The notes under the pieces: model-generated
Seen by the model: the letters and a program-made list of their open reading frames with translations, nothing else
The model's database searches: none
Told to the model about the DNA's origin: nothing
DNA from: an uncultured Elusimicrobia bacterium
Lineage (GTDB): Bacteria; Elusimicrobiota; Elusimicrobia; 2-01-FULL-59-12
Direction of reading: 5' to 3'
Length of the DNA: 64,000 nucleotides
Assembly (NCBI GenBank): GCA_963702895.1
Contig: OY969767.1
Location: 160,001 to 224,000, forward strand
Position numbers and translations under genes: made by a program
Part shown: one piece after another, positions 18,267 to 29,377 of the stretch
Numbering within the stretch: the stretch's first letter is position 1
How the letters are laid out: every line of letters begins with the position of its first letter

Positions 18267-19093
18267 CCTTGAGCATCCTCTCCCTCTTGTTCTGGCCGGC
18301 GGTGGCGTGTCTGGTGCTCGCCGGCATTCACGCCTATCTCGGTCTTCATGTCGTCGAACGTGGGGTGATCTTTGTTGACCTTTCGCTGGCCCAAGTCGCG
18401 GCCCTCGGGACGACCATCGCATTTTTATTTGGCGCTGATCTCCATGGAACGACGGCGTATTGGGTGTCGCTAGGGTTTACGCTTCTGGGCGCGGTGGTCT
18501 TCGCCGTAACGCGCTCACGCAAGAGCCGAGTTCCTCAGGAAGCGATCATCGGAATCGTCTACGCCGTCTGCGCGGCCGCGGCGGTGCTCGTGATGGACCG
18601 ACTTCCCGAAGGCGCTGAGCACATCAAGCATATCCTGGTGGGAAATTTGCTCGCCGTCACGCCGCAGGAAATCATCAAAATCGCCGTGCTCTATTGCACG
18701 ATAGGCGTTCTGCACTGGTTCTGGCGGAAGCCATTTCTCGCCATTTCTTCGAGCCATGAGAAGGCGTACGCGTCAGGGTACCGCGTGCGCTTATGGGATT
18801 TTTTGTTCTACGGGACGTTTGGGTTTGTGGTGACGTCCTCAGTTGAGATTGTCGGGGTGCTCTTGGTTTTTTCCTTCCTGATTGTTCCTTCCGTGGCCGC
18901 CATGCTTTTTGCCGAAACGATTGCCCAACGCTTGATGTTTGGCTGGGTGATGGGGGCACTTTCCAGCCTGCTGGGAATTTGGGCGTCCTATCAACTGGAC
19001 ACCCCCACCGGGGCCACCGTGGTGTGTATGTTTGGACTCGTTCTGTTGGTTCTGGCGGCCGTGCGGCCGCTCGTGTTCAGGAAGACCGCTTAA
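18263..19093 (+). CDS. Metal ABC transporter permease (ZnuB family)
   Basis: Multi-TM; GVLLVFSFLIVPSVAA; DTPTGATVV. Confidence 0.88.
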   Translation: MTLSILSLLFWPAVACLVLAGIHAYLGLHVVERGVIFVDLSLAQVAALGTTIAFLFGADLHGTTAYWVSLGFTLLGAVVFAVTRSRKSRVPQEAIIGIVYAVCAAAAVLVMDRLPEGAEHIKHILVGNLLAVTPQEIIKIAVLYCTIGVLHWFWRKPFLAISSSHEKAYASGYRVRLWDFLFYGTFGFVVTSSVEIVGVLLVFSFLIVPSVAAMLFAETIAQRLMFGWVMGALSSLLGIWASYQLDTPTGATVVCMFGLVLLVLAAVRPLVFRKTA

Positions 19094-19839
19094 TCGACGA
19101 GCAACAGGAGCAGCATCAGCCCTACTCCCGCCAAAAGTGAAATGAACTGCACCAGCGACTTCATCGGAGCATTTTCTTTATGGAGTTCGGGTGTCAGGTT
19201 CGACCCGGCAATATAGAGAAAGGTGCCCGCGGTGACGGGAAGCGCGATGGAGGGGAAGTCCGCCATGGCACTCTGAAACGCAAAGGCGACCCCCACACCG
19301 ACCATCGCAATGCAAGCGGACAAGAAATTGAAGAGAAGCGCCTGGCTGCGCGAGTAGCCGGAGTGCAGGAGCACCCCAAAGTCTCCGATTTCATGCGGCA
19401 GCTCATGCAGAACCACGGCGAGGGTGGTCGCGATGCCGACGGAGTAGCCCGCCTGATAGCTGGCGCCAATCAAGATGCCATCCATGAGGTTGTGAAGGCC
19501 ATCGGAAACAAGAAGGATTCGTCCGACAGGATGAATGTGGTCGTCGTGGTTGTGCAGCCCATGTTCCTGCCTCCAGCGAAGGAATTTCTCTAGTACAAAG
19601 GACGAGAAGATCCCTACCAAGACCCACAGAGAGCTTTTGACCGGATGGGCGGAGGAGCGAAAGATTTCAGGGAGGAGATGGACGATGGCGTCCGCGAAGA
19701 GCGCTCCGGCCGCCAAACTCACCAGGAAGAAGACCACATTCTTCACGCTGCGTTCGCGCAAAGGAATGGTCGCAAGCGCCGCCAGAGACAAAAGGCTCAC
19801 CCCCAGCGCGCTGCCAAAAGCCAACCAAAATGGCGTCAT
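19090..19839 (-). CDS. ZIP family metal transporter
   Basis: DGLHNLMDG and LHELPHEIGDF; His-rich loop. Confidence 0.92.
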   Translation of the reverse strand: MTPFWLAFGSALGVSLLSLAALATIPLRERSVKNVVFFLVSLAAGALFADAIVHLLPEIFRSSAHPVKSSLWVLVGIFSSFVLEKFLRWRQEHGLHNHDDHIHPVGRILLVSDGLHNLMDGILIGASYQAGYSVGIATTLAVVLHELPHEIGDFGVLLHSGYSRSQALLFNFLSACIAMVGVGVAFAFQSAMADFPSIALPVTAGTFLYIAGSNLTPELHKENAPMKSLVQFISLLAGVGLMLLLLLVD

Positions 19840-19995
19840 AGAGCCGTTATTATAACCTCAATTGTGGGATAAGACAGAGGATTAACCGGGAATATTCGTG
19901 CGCCAACGGAATGCGATCGTCACAGATCTCCTGACTTTGCTGTCCCCTCTCCCGCCGCAAGGCGGGAGAGCAACTGTGTTGTCAATAGGGGTCTT

Positions 19996-21177
<1,182 letters not shown>

Positions 21178-21290
21178 TCACCCCGCCCTCTCCCACGTCC
21201 CGCGGGAGAGGGAGCACATGGGCAGTCGAATTATCCGGTTTAAGAGAGTATGCCGATGGGCACATAGGCCTAGAATCGCGCGAAGTTGAG

Positions 21291-21596
21291 ATGCTCCGTC
21301 ACGAAACAAGTTTACGTTCTGTTCATCTTGCTGTAACACACGCACTCTACACTGATATTGTGACCATCAAACAAATCATCGTAGGGTCCATGGTGGGCAC
21401 CATCATCGTCGGAGCGATGGCTCATAGGCTCTATTCGGTAAAAGATCGTCACGGACAGGCGCAGATCCTGCTCTCCTCGAAAAAGATGAGCCCTAAAATC
21501 TCCACGAACAGCAAAGAAGCTTCAACCAAAAGAACCAAGCGAAAACCATGGTTCCAAGTCCACCAGGAGCCTCTCCGTCCATCCCGCCAGGCATAA
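21291..21596 (+). CDS. Hypothetical small membrane protein
   Basis: One hydrophobic stretch followed by a basic tail; start uncertain. Confidence 0.3.
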   Translation: MLRHETSLRSVHLAVTHALYTDIVTIKQIIVGSMVGTIIVGAMAHRLYSVKDRHGQAQILLSSKKMSPKISTNSKEASTKRTKRKPWFQVHQEPLRPSRQA

Positions 21597-21698
21597 ATTT
21601 ACACCATAAACCACTCTCTATTTAGATGTATTCATGAGTTTACCTTGCGTTAACAATCGATTTACTTTCCCGTAACAGCCTCCCGCCATCATGTTCTT

Positions 21699-22973
21699 AT
21701 GAAATTGAAGCATTGGGCCTATTTTGGGCTTATATTGGCTTTAAGTCGTGAGTCCTTGCTCGGGGGCATGCGCCCTGCCTCTGGGCTGGCTCCTGCCGTC
21801 CCCTTTCCGTCTTTTGGCGTCCGCTCACCTCAAGACAGACTCCGGGTCTTGCGGAAAAAGCCCAAAAAAAAGGTCCCCTTGCCTGTCATGGTTCGACTCT
21901 TTGCCAAGGGAAACACCCAGGCGCTTTGGCTCAAGCACGCGAAGGACCTGCGACTTTCTGGACGGCAAGTCCAAGGGCCCATATATGTCGTGCATAAGGA
22001 TGGAAAGCTTCACGTGTATCGGGCCAAGCGACAGCTCATGGTCACGCGACAACTCAAGATCCATTCGCTTGATGAGATGCCCTATCAAATCGAGAACCGT
22101 GTTCGACAGCGCAAGTGGGTTACGGGCGAGCTGCGCCTGAGTGTTGTCCAAGGACAAATCAGAGTCGTCAATCGCATGGCGATGGAAGATTATGTGGCAG
22201 GCATTCTTGAGGGGGAATTAGGTTCACTGAAGCTCGAACCGGAGCTCTTGAAAGCCCAAATCGTTGTGGCCCGCAGTTATGTTCTTTCCATGCGGGACGC
22301 CCGGCATCATGGAGCAGGATATGAGTTTTGCGACCGGCCGCACTGCCAAGTGTTTCGGGGTGTCGCGCGCAAGGAGGAGCATCCCGAATTGGAGAAGATC
22401 CTGGTGAGTGTTCGTGGACAATACCTTGCTTATCACGGACGACCCATCTGCGCGTTCTATCACCACAACTGTGGCGGTGTGACTTCCGCAGTAGAAGAGG
22501 TCTGGCCGATGCCGGGACGGCCCTACCTGAAGGCGGTCGAGGAAGATCCAGCGAGCATCTGTAAGGTGCCTCGAGACTCCGAGTGGCGCGTTTTGCTCAG
22601 TCGCAAAAAGCTCACGTCTTGTTTCAGAAAGGCAGGGTGGTTGAAGCCCAAAGAGGCTTTGACGGACGTGCAGATTCTTGAGACCGATCCTTCAGGACGC
22701 GTGAAGCGCCTCCTGATCCAAGGACAGCGCCCGATCCGGGTCAGCGTGGGCCGCTTTCGGAATGTGATCAATCAATATTTTGGCGGAGAGCCCTTAAAGA
22801 GCGCTTTGTTTACCCTGGCCCTTGGCCAAGAGGCCTGCACGGTGAGGGGGCGCGGCTGGGGACACGGCGTTGGGTTCTGCCAGGAAGGCGCCAAGTGGCT
22901 GGCTCAAAAAGGACTGTCCTACAGAAAAATTCTACAGCATTATTTCCCGCACACAGCACTTCAGAAGGTCTAA
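21699..22973 (+). CDS. SpoIID/LytB-domain protein
   Basis: EDYVAGILEGE, LKAQIVVARSY, CDRPHCQVFRG, GWGHGVGFCQEGA, ILQHYFP. Confidence 0.92.
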   Translation: MKLKHWAYFGLILALSRESLLGGMRPASGLAPAVPFPSFGVRSPQDRLRVLRKKPKKKVPLPVMVRLFAKGNTQALWLKHAKDLRLSGRQVQGPIYVVHKDGKLHVYRAKRQLMVTRQLKIHSLDEMPYQIENRVRQRKWVTGELRLSVVQGQIRVVNRMAMEDYVAGILEGELGSLKLEPELLKAQIVVARSYVLSMRDARHHGAGYEFCDRPHCQVFRGVARKEEHPELEKILVSVRGQYLAYHGRPICAFYHHNCGGVTSAVEEVWPMPGRPYLKAVEEDPASICKVPRDSEWRVLLSRKKLTSCFRKAGWLKPKEALTDVQILETDPSGRVKRLLIQGQRPIRVSVGRFRNVINQYFGGEPLKSALFTLALGQEACTVRGRGWGHGVGFCQEGAKWLAQKGLSYRKILQHYFPHTALQKV

Positions 22974-23047
22974 CTTTTAGTCGCTCGAAGCTGCCCCGCC
23001 GACAACCCCTTAAGCGGTCCCATGAAAAATGCTAAAACAATGTCCTT

Positions 23048-24013
23048 ATGTGGATCGTGACAGGCGGTGCGGGCTTTATCGGGAGCGCGCTTCTCTGGAA
23101 GCTCAACCAGGAGGGGATGAACGATCTCCTCGTGGTGGATGGCCTGGAGTCCTCGGACAAATGGAAAAATCTCCGCGGGAAGAAGTTTTCCGACTATCTG
23201 GAAGCGGGTGATTTCCTGAGCCGCGTCCAGGCGGGGAAAATGCCAAAGGTCCAAGGCATGGTCCATCTGGGCGCCTGCTCCTCGACCACGGAGACCAACG
23301 CTTCCTATTTAATTCAGAACAATTACGAATACACGAAGACGCTCGCGATGTGGGCGCTCTCGAAGAACATCCGTTTTGTCTACGCCTCAAGCGCTGCGAC
23401 TTATGGCGATGGGGCTTGGGGGTACAAAACAGATGACGCCACGACGATGCGCTTACAGCCCTTGAATATGTATGGCTACTCGAAGCAATTGTTTGACCAG
23501 TGGGCTCTGCAGAAGGGCGCGCTCAAGAAGCTGGTGGGCATCAAGTTTTTTAATGTCTTTGGTCCCAACGAATACCACAAGGGCGATATGCGCTCGGTGA
23601 TCGCCAAGGCGTATGAACAAATCCAGCGGGACGGCAAAGTCCGACTCTTTAAGTCGTACCGTCCGGACTACAAAGACGGGGAGCAGGTACGCGATTTTCT
23701 CTATGTCAAAGACGCCGTGAACGTGGTCTATGAGTTGATGACAGGCAAAGGATACGGCGGCCTCTATAATTTAGGGGCAGGCCACGCGCGCTCCTGGAAG
23801 GACCTCGCGCGCGCGATCTTTGCGGCCCTGGGGCGGCCGGAGCGCATCGAGTACATCGAGATGCCGGAATCCCTCCGGGCCAAGTACCAATATCACACGG
23901 AAGCCGATATGTCCTGGATGAAAGGGAAGAAACTTGCCAAGATGATGACGCTGGAAGAAGGCGTCTCGGACTACGTGCGGAACTATCTTTCAAAGGAAAA
24001 CCCCTACTTATGA
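23048..24013 (+). CDS. hldD: ADP-L-glycero-D-manno-heptose 6-epimerase
   Basis: GGAGFIGS, HLGACSSTTE, YGYSK, FFNVFGPNEYHKG. Confidence 0.95.
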   Translation: MWIVTGGAGFIGSALLWKLNQEGMNDLLVVDGLESSDKWKNLRGKKFSDYLEAGDFLSRVQAGKMPKVQGMVHLGACSSTTETNASYLIQNNYEYTKTLAMWALSKNIRFVYASSAATYGDGAWGYKTDDATTMRLQPLNMYGYSKQLFDQWALQKGALKKLVGIKFFNVFGPNEYHKGDMRSVIAKAYEQIQRDGKVRLFKSYRPDYKDGEQVRDFLYVKDAVNVVYELMTGKGYGGLYNLGAGHARSWKDLARAIFAALGRPERIEYIEMPESLRAKYQYHTEADMSWMKGKKLAKMMTLEEGVSDYVRNYLSKENPYL

Positions 24014-24600
24014 AATCCCGTGTAGCCCGCGTTGCGCGAAAGACCCGAGAAACCCAGGTTGATCTGAAGCTTAACCTCGACGGCCACGGTTCATATCGAG
24101 TTTCGACGACGATCGCGTTTCTCGATCATATGCTGGAGCTCTTTGCGAAACATGGTCCATTCGATCTTCGTGTTCAGGCCCGTGGTGACACCCACATTGA
24201 TCACCACCACCTCGTGGAGGACATTGGCATCGCGTTGGGCGAAGCCATTGCCAAGGCGGCAGGGGATAAGAAGGGCATCTGTCGCTATGGGAATTTTTAT
24301 CTTCCCATGGATGAGTCCCTGAGCTATGTGGCCCTCGATCTTTCGAACCGTCCGTACTTTGTCTGGAAAGTGAAGTGGCAGAAATCTGACATCGGAAAGT
24401 TTGACGGCCTCTTGCTTGAGCATTTCTTTGAGTCGCTGGCGGCGAGCGCCCGCATGAATCTCCATATGGCGCTCAAGTACGGCAAACAACCCCACCACAT
24501 CGCGGAAAGCCTCTTCAAAGGTTTCGCGCGCGCGCTCAGTCAGGCGGTCGCGCGCGGCGGCCGATGGAAGGGCATCCCCTCCACCAAAGGCAAGCTCTAG
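24010..24600 (+). CDS. hisB: Imidazoleglycerol-phosphate dehydratase
   Basis: RKTRET, DHHHLVED, PMDES, HHIAESLFK, IPSTKG. Confidence 0.96.
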   Translation: MKSRVARVARKTRETQVDLKLNLDGHGSYRVSTTIAFLDHMLELFAKHGPFDLRVQARGDTHIDHHHLVEDIGIALGEAIAKAAGDKKGICRYGNFYLPMDESLSYVALDLSNRPYFVWKVKWQKSDIGKFDGLLLEHFFESLAASARMNLHMALKYGKQPHHIAESLFKGFARALSQAVARGGRWKGIPSTKGKL

Positions 24601-24650
24601 GCGTAGTCCGACCGCAGTGTGTCGGATCCATCATGGTAGACCTCGGCTAA

Positions 24651-24858
24651 CCGGGAAAGTTCAGTTATGCCGTCACCCCGGCATGCCTTAAGCCGGCCCT
24701 CCAGACTACCGGCGGGCCGTCCGCCCTGCCATGTGGCGGACGGGGTCTATCAGACGTACAAAACCTGATGGATCCCCTGCTTACAACCGCAGGGGATGAC
24801 GGCACTAAAAAGTGCGACGGGTTCAGACGGAGAAATTTGGCCAACCGCAGTTTTCGGG
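24651..24858. mobile_element. MITE-like element with CTAA duplication, nested in a palindromic repeat
   Basis: CTAA at 24647-50 and 24859-62; TIRs CCGGGAAAGTTCAGTT / AACCGCAGTTTTCGGG; reverse-oriented homolog of 62547-62692. Confidence 0.8.
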
Positions 24859-24886
24859 CTAACGACATGCCGGGGTGGCGGTTTTA

Positions 24887-25243
24887 TTATTGATTCGTCG
24901 ATCCGTGGATCAAGGTGTCTTGAATGAGGTTCGGCAAGGGCGGTTCAGACGAATCGTCAGGCAGGAACACAGGTTTTGGGGGCGGCTGAGGCTTCTCTTC
25001 TTCTTGCACTTCGTGAAGTGGCGGGTTTAAAGAGGGATAGGCGTTCCCTCGCCCGGAATCAACGGTTGGCGACACGGTGGCCGTTGAGTCTTGCGGCAGC
25101 TCGAACTTGGGGTGGTACTCGAGGCGGTTGTAATTCGGAAAGTTGTCTTGACCCTCCGGACGTTTTCCGCGCGCCTCTGAGATTGAGGCGGTCGCGCCAA
25201 GCAGTGCCGCCGCGAGAAAAAAGATCGTCGCTCTCCGGTTCAT
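24887..25243 (-). CDS. Hypothetical secreted Pro-rich protein
   Basis: MNRRATIFFLAAALLGATASISEA signal peptide. Confidence 0.55.
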   Translation of the reverse strand: MNRRATIFFLAAALLGATASISEARGKRPEGQDNFPNYNRLEYHPKFELPQDSTATVSPTVDSGRGNAYPSLNPPLHEVQEEEKPQPPPKPVFLPDDSSEPPLPNLIQDTLIHGSTNQ

Positions 25244-25350
25244 CGGGGCAGACAGCGGCATTCTTGAATAGGGTTTCCTTGATGTCTGATGCGGCGCAGA
25301 TGTCATGTAAGAAATTTTACTGCATCTAATGCGGTTTTGCGCAAGACCGA

Positions 25351-26565
25351 CTACCGGCGGCCGTGACGGCCCCGTGGAATAAAGCGGCGGCGCGCGCCGA
25401 ATCGCTCGGCAAACGTCTTGGGCTTGGGCGGTGGGGGGAGCTTTTCGTAGGGAAAATCGGGGACCTGCGCTCGGGGGATTTTTCTTCCTATAAAGCGTTC
25501 AATGGCCGCCACGAACCGCTCTTCTTCGGGAGAGACGAGGGTGTAAGCATCACCCACTTCGAAATACCGGCCTGTACGGCCAATGCGATGGACATAGTCT
25601 TCGGTTTTTTCCGGCACGTTATAGTTGATGACGTGGCTGAGTTTTCTCACGTCCAGGCCGCGTGCCGCAATGTCGGTGGCGACCATCACTTGATACTTCC
25701 CCTGCTTAAACCCGGCCATCGCCTGATTGCGTTGCCCCTGCGTGAGGTCCGCGTGCATGGCGACGACAGACAGATCTTCAGTCTTCAGAAACCGGGCGAG
25801 CCGGTCGGCGCCGCGCTTCGTCCGGCTGAAAATAAGGACGGACTTCATGCTGGTGTTGCGGAGAATATACAGGAGCAGATCGCTTTTTTGCTGCGGCATG
25901 ACGGGGTAAAGCATCTGCGTCACGCTGTCTGCCGTCGCCCCGCGTGGCGCGATCGCAACGGAGATGGGATCCTTGAGCGCCAAATGGGACAAACGGCCAA
26001 TCTCGGCAGCAAGGGTCGCGGAAAAAAGCATGGTTTGCCGCTCTTTTGGCACATAAGTCAGAATCTTATGCAGCGCTGGGGCGAAACCCATGTCGAGCAT
26101 CCGGTCCGCTTCATCCAGCACCAGGGTGTGGACTTTGGTCAGGCTGATCGTCCGTCTCTCTAAGTGATCGATCAGCCGGCCGGGTGTGGCGATCACAAGC
26201 GACGCTCCGGCACGCAGTGCCTGAAGCTGTAGATGGAAACTCTCTCCTCCCACCAAAAGAGCAGACCGAAACGTCGTGAATCGACCGACTTCCTTCACCA
26301 CCGTGGCGACCTGCGCGGCGAGCTCGCGCGTTGGAAGCAAAACGAGCCCCGTCACACCCGTTACAGGGTGCTCCAGCATCCGGTGCAGCATGGGAAGCAC
26401 AAAAGCGAGGGTTTTACCGGTCCCTGTTTGGGCAGACACCAGGACGTCACGTCCCTGGAGGACTTGCGGGATCGCTTCGTGCTGAACGGGGGTCGGCTCA
26501 TGAAAGTTTAACGACTCCATGGCTTTCATCAGTTCGGGGCGGAGACCAAAATTCGCAAAGGACAT
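25351..26565 (-). CDS. DEAD-box RNA helicase (RhlE-like)
   Basis: AQTGTGKT, PTRELA, DEAD, SAT, HRIGRTGR. Confidence 0.95.
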   Translation of the reverse strand: MSFANFGLRPELMKAMESLNFHEPTPVQHEAIPQVLQGRDVLVSAQTGTGKTLAFVLPMLHRMLEHPVTGVTGLVLLPTRELAAQVATVVKEVGRFTTFRSALLVGGESFHLQLQALRAGASLVIATPGRLIDHLERRTISLTKVHTLVLDEADRMLDMGFAPALHKILTYVPKERQTMLFSATLAAEIGRLSHLALKDPISVAIAPRGATADSVTQMLYPVMPQQKSDLLLYILRNTSMKSVLIFSRTKRGADRLARFLKTEDLSVVAMHADLTQGQRNQAMAGFKQGKYQVMVATDIAARGLDVRKLSHVINYNVPEKTEDYVHRIGRTGRYFEVGDAYTLVSPEEERFVAAIERFIGRKIPRAQVPDFPYEKLPPPPKPKTFAERFGARRRFIPRGRHGRR

Positions 26566-26588
26566 AGACACTATCGTAGCATAGCGAC

Positions 26589-26912
26589 ATGCCAGATCCC
26601 TTGAAGATTGTCACGGAAGCCAGACGACTTTTCAATGCGCGACACGACTGGCATGTCCATGAAGTGCTCGAAGAACTCTGGAAGGTGCGGGCGGGCAAAG
26701 AGAAGGAACTGCTTCAGGGACTGATCCTGGTGTCGGCTGCCTTGGTCCATGCCTCAAACGGAAAAATGGAGGTCTGCTGGTCCATGATGGAGCGGGCCCT
26801 CATGAAATTGGACGGCCAGCCGGACGATTACTATGGATGGAATATCTCCGTGTTTCGGAGCCATTTTAAGCGTGTGCTGGACAAAAAGACACTCCGCATT
26901 CCTGAGGTCTAG
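26589..26912 (+). CDS. DUF309 family protein
   Basis: FN..WHVHEVLEELW...LQGLILVSAALVH..NG. Confidence 0.85.
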   Translation: MPDPLKIVTEARRLFNARHDWHVHEVLEELWKVRAGKEKELLQGLILVSAALVHASNGKMEVCWSMMERALMKLDGQPDDYYGWNISVFRSHFKRVLDKKTLRIPEV

Positions 26913-26960
26913 CAACATTTTTTCTGGACATGTCCTTTCCAAAAGTATAATGAGCCTGCC

Positions 26961-28196
26961 GTGAAGTGGATTTCGACCTTATCTGATGCGGCCACCCTCC
27001 CTCAGGCGCTGGAAGAGGTTGCCTCTGCCGCCGAGCGTTCTCTCAAAGAACAAATCCCGGATCTTTGTCTCGTTTTTATTTCCAATCATTTCCAATCCGG
27101 CTACGAAACGGTCATCCCCTTTCTCAAGGCCCGCTTAGGGCCACGCGTGATCCTGGGATGTTCGGGCGGTGGTGTCGTGGGGACCGGCCGCGAGCTGGAA
27201 AACTGCCCCGCCTTGGCGCTCACGTGCGCTGTCCTGCCGGAGGTCACCTTGACGCCCTTCCGCGTGGCGGACAGTTCCTTGCCAGGACTTGACGCCAGTC
27301 CTCGTGAGTGGCATCACCTGGCCGGTGTTTCGAGCGTAGACAATCCCCAATTCATTGTACTGGCCGACCCCTTCTCCATTCGTATCGACAATTTGCTCAT
27401 GGGCCTCGATTATGCCTACCCCAAAGCGACCAAGGTCGGAGGGCTCGCCTCGGGGGGAAAACAGCCAGGGGATAATGCCCTTTACTTAAACTCCGTGTGC
27501 TACAGATCGGGGGGTGTGGGGGTGGCCTTGTCCGGGAACATTGCCTTGGATGCGCTGGTGTCCCAGGGCTGTCGGCCGATCGGCAAGCCCATGAGGGTCA
27601 CCAAGTCCGATCGCAATATCCTGGTGGAGCTGGATGGGAAGTCCCCGCTCCACATCCTGCGCGATTTGTATCTGACCCTGGGGGCGCGTGACCAAAACCT
27701 CTTGCAGCATGCGCTCTTTCTGGGTCTCGTCATGGACCCCATGAAGTCTCACTTTACACAAGGGGATTTTCTCATTCGGAATATCGTGGGCATGGATACA
27801 GAAAAAGGCATCCTGGCCATTGGCGCGCACCTCCGCCAGGGACAACTCGTCCAGTTCCATCTGAGAGATGCCCTGACGTCCGATGAAGACCTGAAGCAGG
27901 TGCTCTCCACCTATGCCCAGCGCTCCACGCATGACCAGGTGACAGGAGCCCTCCTTTTCTCCTGCCTTGGCAGAGGGGAATATCTCTACGGGCACGCCAG
28001 TCACGATTCCCAGCTGTTCCAGCAGAAATTGGGGCAGGTCCCCATCAGCGGGTTTTTCTGCAATGGGGAGATTGGACCGGTCGGCGGCACCACCTATTTG
28101 CATGGTTATACAAGCTGTTTTGCCCTTTTCCGCCCCATGTTCGTCACCGAGCCGGCGATTAGCGCGTCGGAAGCGCAGTCCTTTCGCTCCATTTAA
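26961..28196 (+). CDS. FIST-domain signal transduction protein
   Basis: GCSGGGV, GGLASGG, SQGCRPIG, FSCLGRG, GFFCNGEIGP, LHGYT. Confidence 0.92.
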   Translation: MKWISTLSDAATLPQALEEVASAAERSLKEQIPDLCLVFISNHFQSGYETVIPFLKARLGPRVILGCSGGGVVGTGRELENCPALALTCAVLPEVTLTPFRVADSSLPGLDASPREWHHLAGVSSVDNPQFIVLADPFSIRIDNLLMGLDYAYPKATKVGGLASGGKQPGDNALYLNSVCYRSGGVGVALSGNIALDALVSQGCRPIGKPMRVTKSDRNILVELDGKSPLHILRDLYLTLGARDQNLLQHALFLGLVMDPMKSHFTQGDFLIRNIVGMDTEKGILAIGAHLRQGQLVQFHLRDALTSDEDLKQVLSTYAQRSTHDQVTGALLFSCLGRGEYLYGHASHDSQLFQQKLGQVPISGFFCNGEIGPVGGTTYLHGYTSCFALFRPMFVTEPAISASEAQSFRSI

Positions 28197-28265
28197 GACC
28201 CCCAGCAGTTCTGCAGTTGATTTTTCAATCTATCCTAGGTAAGCTCAGAAGAGCCAAACGGAGCT

Positions 28266-28805
28266 ATGCCAAAAAGCGATAAAAACATCCTGAAGGAAGC
28301 CAAGATCTTCTCTTTAGCCCAAGTGGTGGACCGCTGCATCGTGGTGGTCGAAGAGGTGGGGGGGCCGCGCCTCGTGCCCATTTGGATCGGGATCTTTGAG
28401 GGGGGGGCGATCGCGGCCGAACTCACGGGCCAGGAACCGCCACGCCCCATGACGCATGACCTCTTCAAGATGATGCTCAAAGCCGCCCATGCGACGCTTG
28501 ATAAAATTGTGATTACGGACCTCCGGGAAAATACCTATTTTGCCGAGATCCATATTCGGACGAACGGCTCCACGACCGTCATCGATTCCCGTCCAAGCGA
28601 TGCTTTGGCGCTCGCCGTACGCGCCAAGTGTCCGATGTACGTTTCAGAGGCAGTTTTCCAAAAATGCCCCGAGTTGCTCAAGCCCATCTCCGAGGATGAA
28701 GTGAAATCCTTCAAGGAAGAACTCAAAAACATGAAACCGGAAGATTTCTTCAAGGACTTGAAGCGCGACAAAGGCCCCGGCCCCAAAGACCCCCCCTCTC
28801 CGTAA
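28266..28805 (+). CDS. Bifunctional nuclease (DUF151) family protein
   Basis: PIWIG, RPMTHDL, IDSRPSDALALA. Confidence 0.92.
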   Translation: MPKSDKNILKEAKIFSLAQVVDRCIVVVEEVGGPRLVPIWIGIFEGGAIAAELTGQEPPRPMTHDLFKMMLKAAHATLDKIVITDLRENTYFAEIHIRTNGSTTVIDSRPSDALALAVRAKCPMYVSEAVFQKCPELLKPISEDEVKSFKEELKNMKPEDFFKDLKRDKGPGPKDPPSP

Positions 28806-28952
28806 GCCAAGTCCTTTCTCGACCGTTGCTTTGGACGCGCCCGTTCAACCCCTCGGAGTGAATATTTTGGCGTGTTTTGCATCTAAGGGATAGAGGGAGC
28901 CTTTGCCCCTTCCGGGCCGAGTGCCCCTCCTATCAACCTAAGGAGGAAACAC

Positions 28953-29288
28953 ATGAATCGAATCAACAAAAAGCCGAGTTGGATCACCGTGCTCATCGTC
29001 GCGGGCTTTGCGTCCATGAGCTTGGCGCAGGAACCGCCTGCTGCGCGCTCCGGCGTCAAGACGGGTCGCGGAGCTTATGGGTTTGTGGCCATGGTCGACC
29101 ACAAAGTGGGGCTTTCCCCAGAGCAGAAAGATGCTGTCCGCGGGCTTCTGGCGGAGCAGCGAGAGAAGTCGAAAGCCATACGCCAGGAGACGGATAAGAA
29201 AATCCGTGGACTTCTCAACACCGACCAGCAAAAGAAGTTCGATGCCGTGCTGGCCGAGCAAAAGTCCAACGCAATGCAAAAGCGATAA
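28953..29288 (+). CDS. Small periplasmic helical protein (Spy/CpxP-like)
   Basis: AAGGAGG RBS, signal peptide, LSPEQK and LNTDQQKKF motifs. Confidence 0.6.
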   Translation: MNRINKKPSWITVLIVAGFASMSLAQEPPAARSGVKTGRGAYGFVAMVDHKVGLSPEQKDAVRGLLAEQREKSKAIRQETDKKIRGLLNTDQQKKFDAVLAEQKSNAMQKR

Positions 29289-29319
29289 TTGAATCGCTAG
29301 GCCGTTTAGGAAAATCCAC

Positions 29320-29360
29320 AGGGAAGGTTTCCATCGATCGGTGGGAACCTTCCCTTTTTT
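29320..29360 (+). terminator. Intrinsic terminator
   Basis: AGGGAAGGTT...AACCTTCCCT stem followed by a T run. Confidence 0.8.
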
Positions 29361-29377
29361 GTAGAATCGGTGCCGAT

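Noticed and set aside
19846..19856. GTTATTATAAC as a Zur box upstream of the ZIP gene
   Set aside because: Too short versus known Zur boxes and explained by a TATAAT -10 element on the - strand
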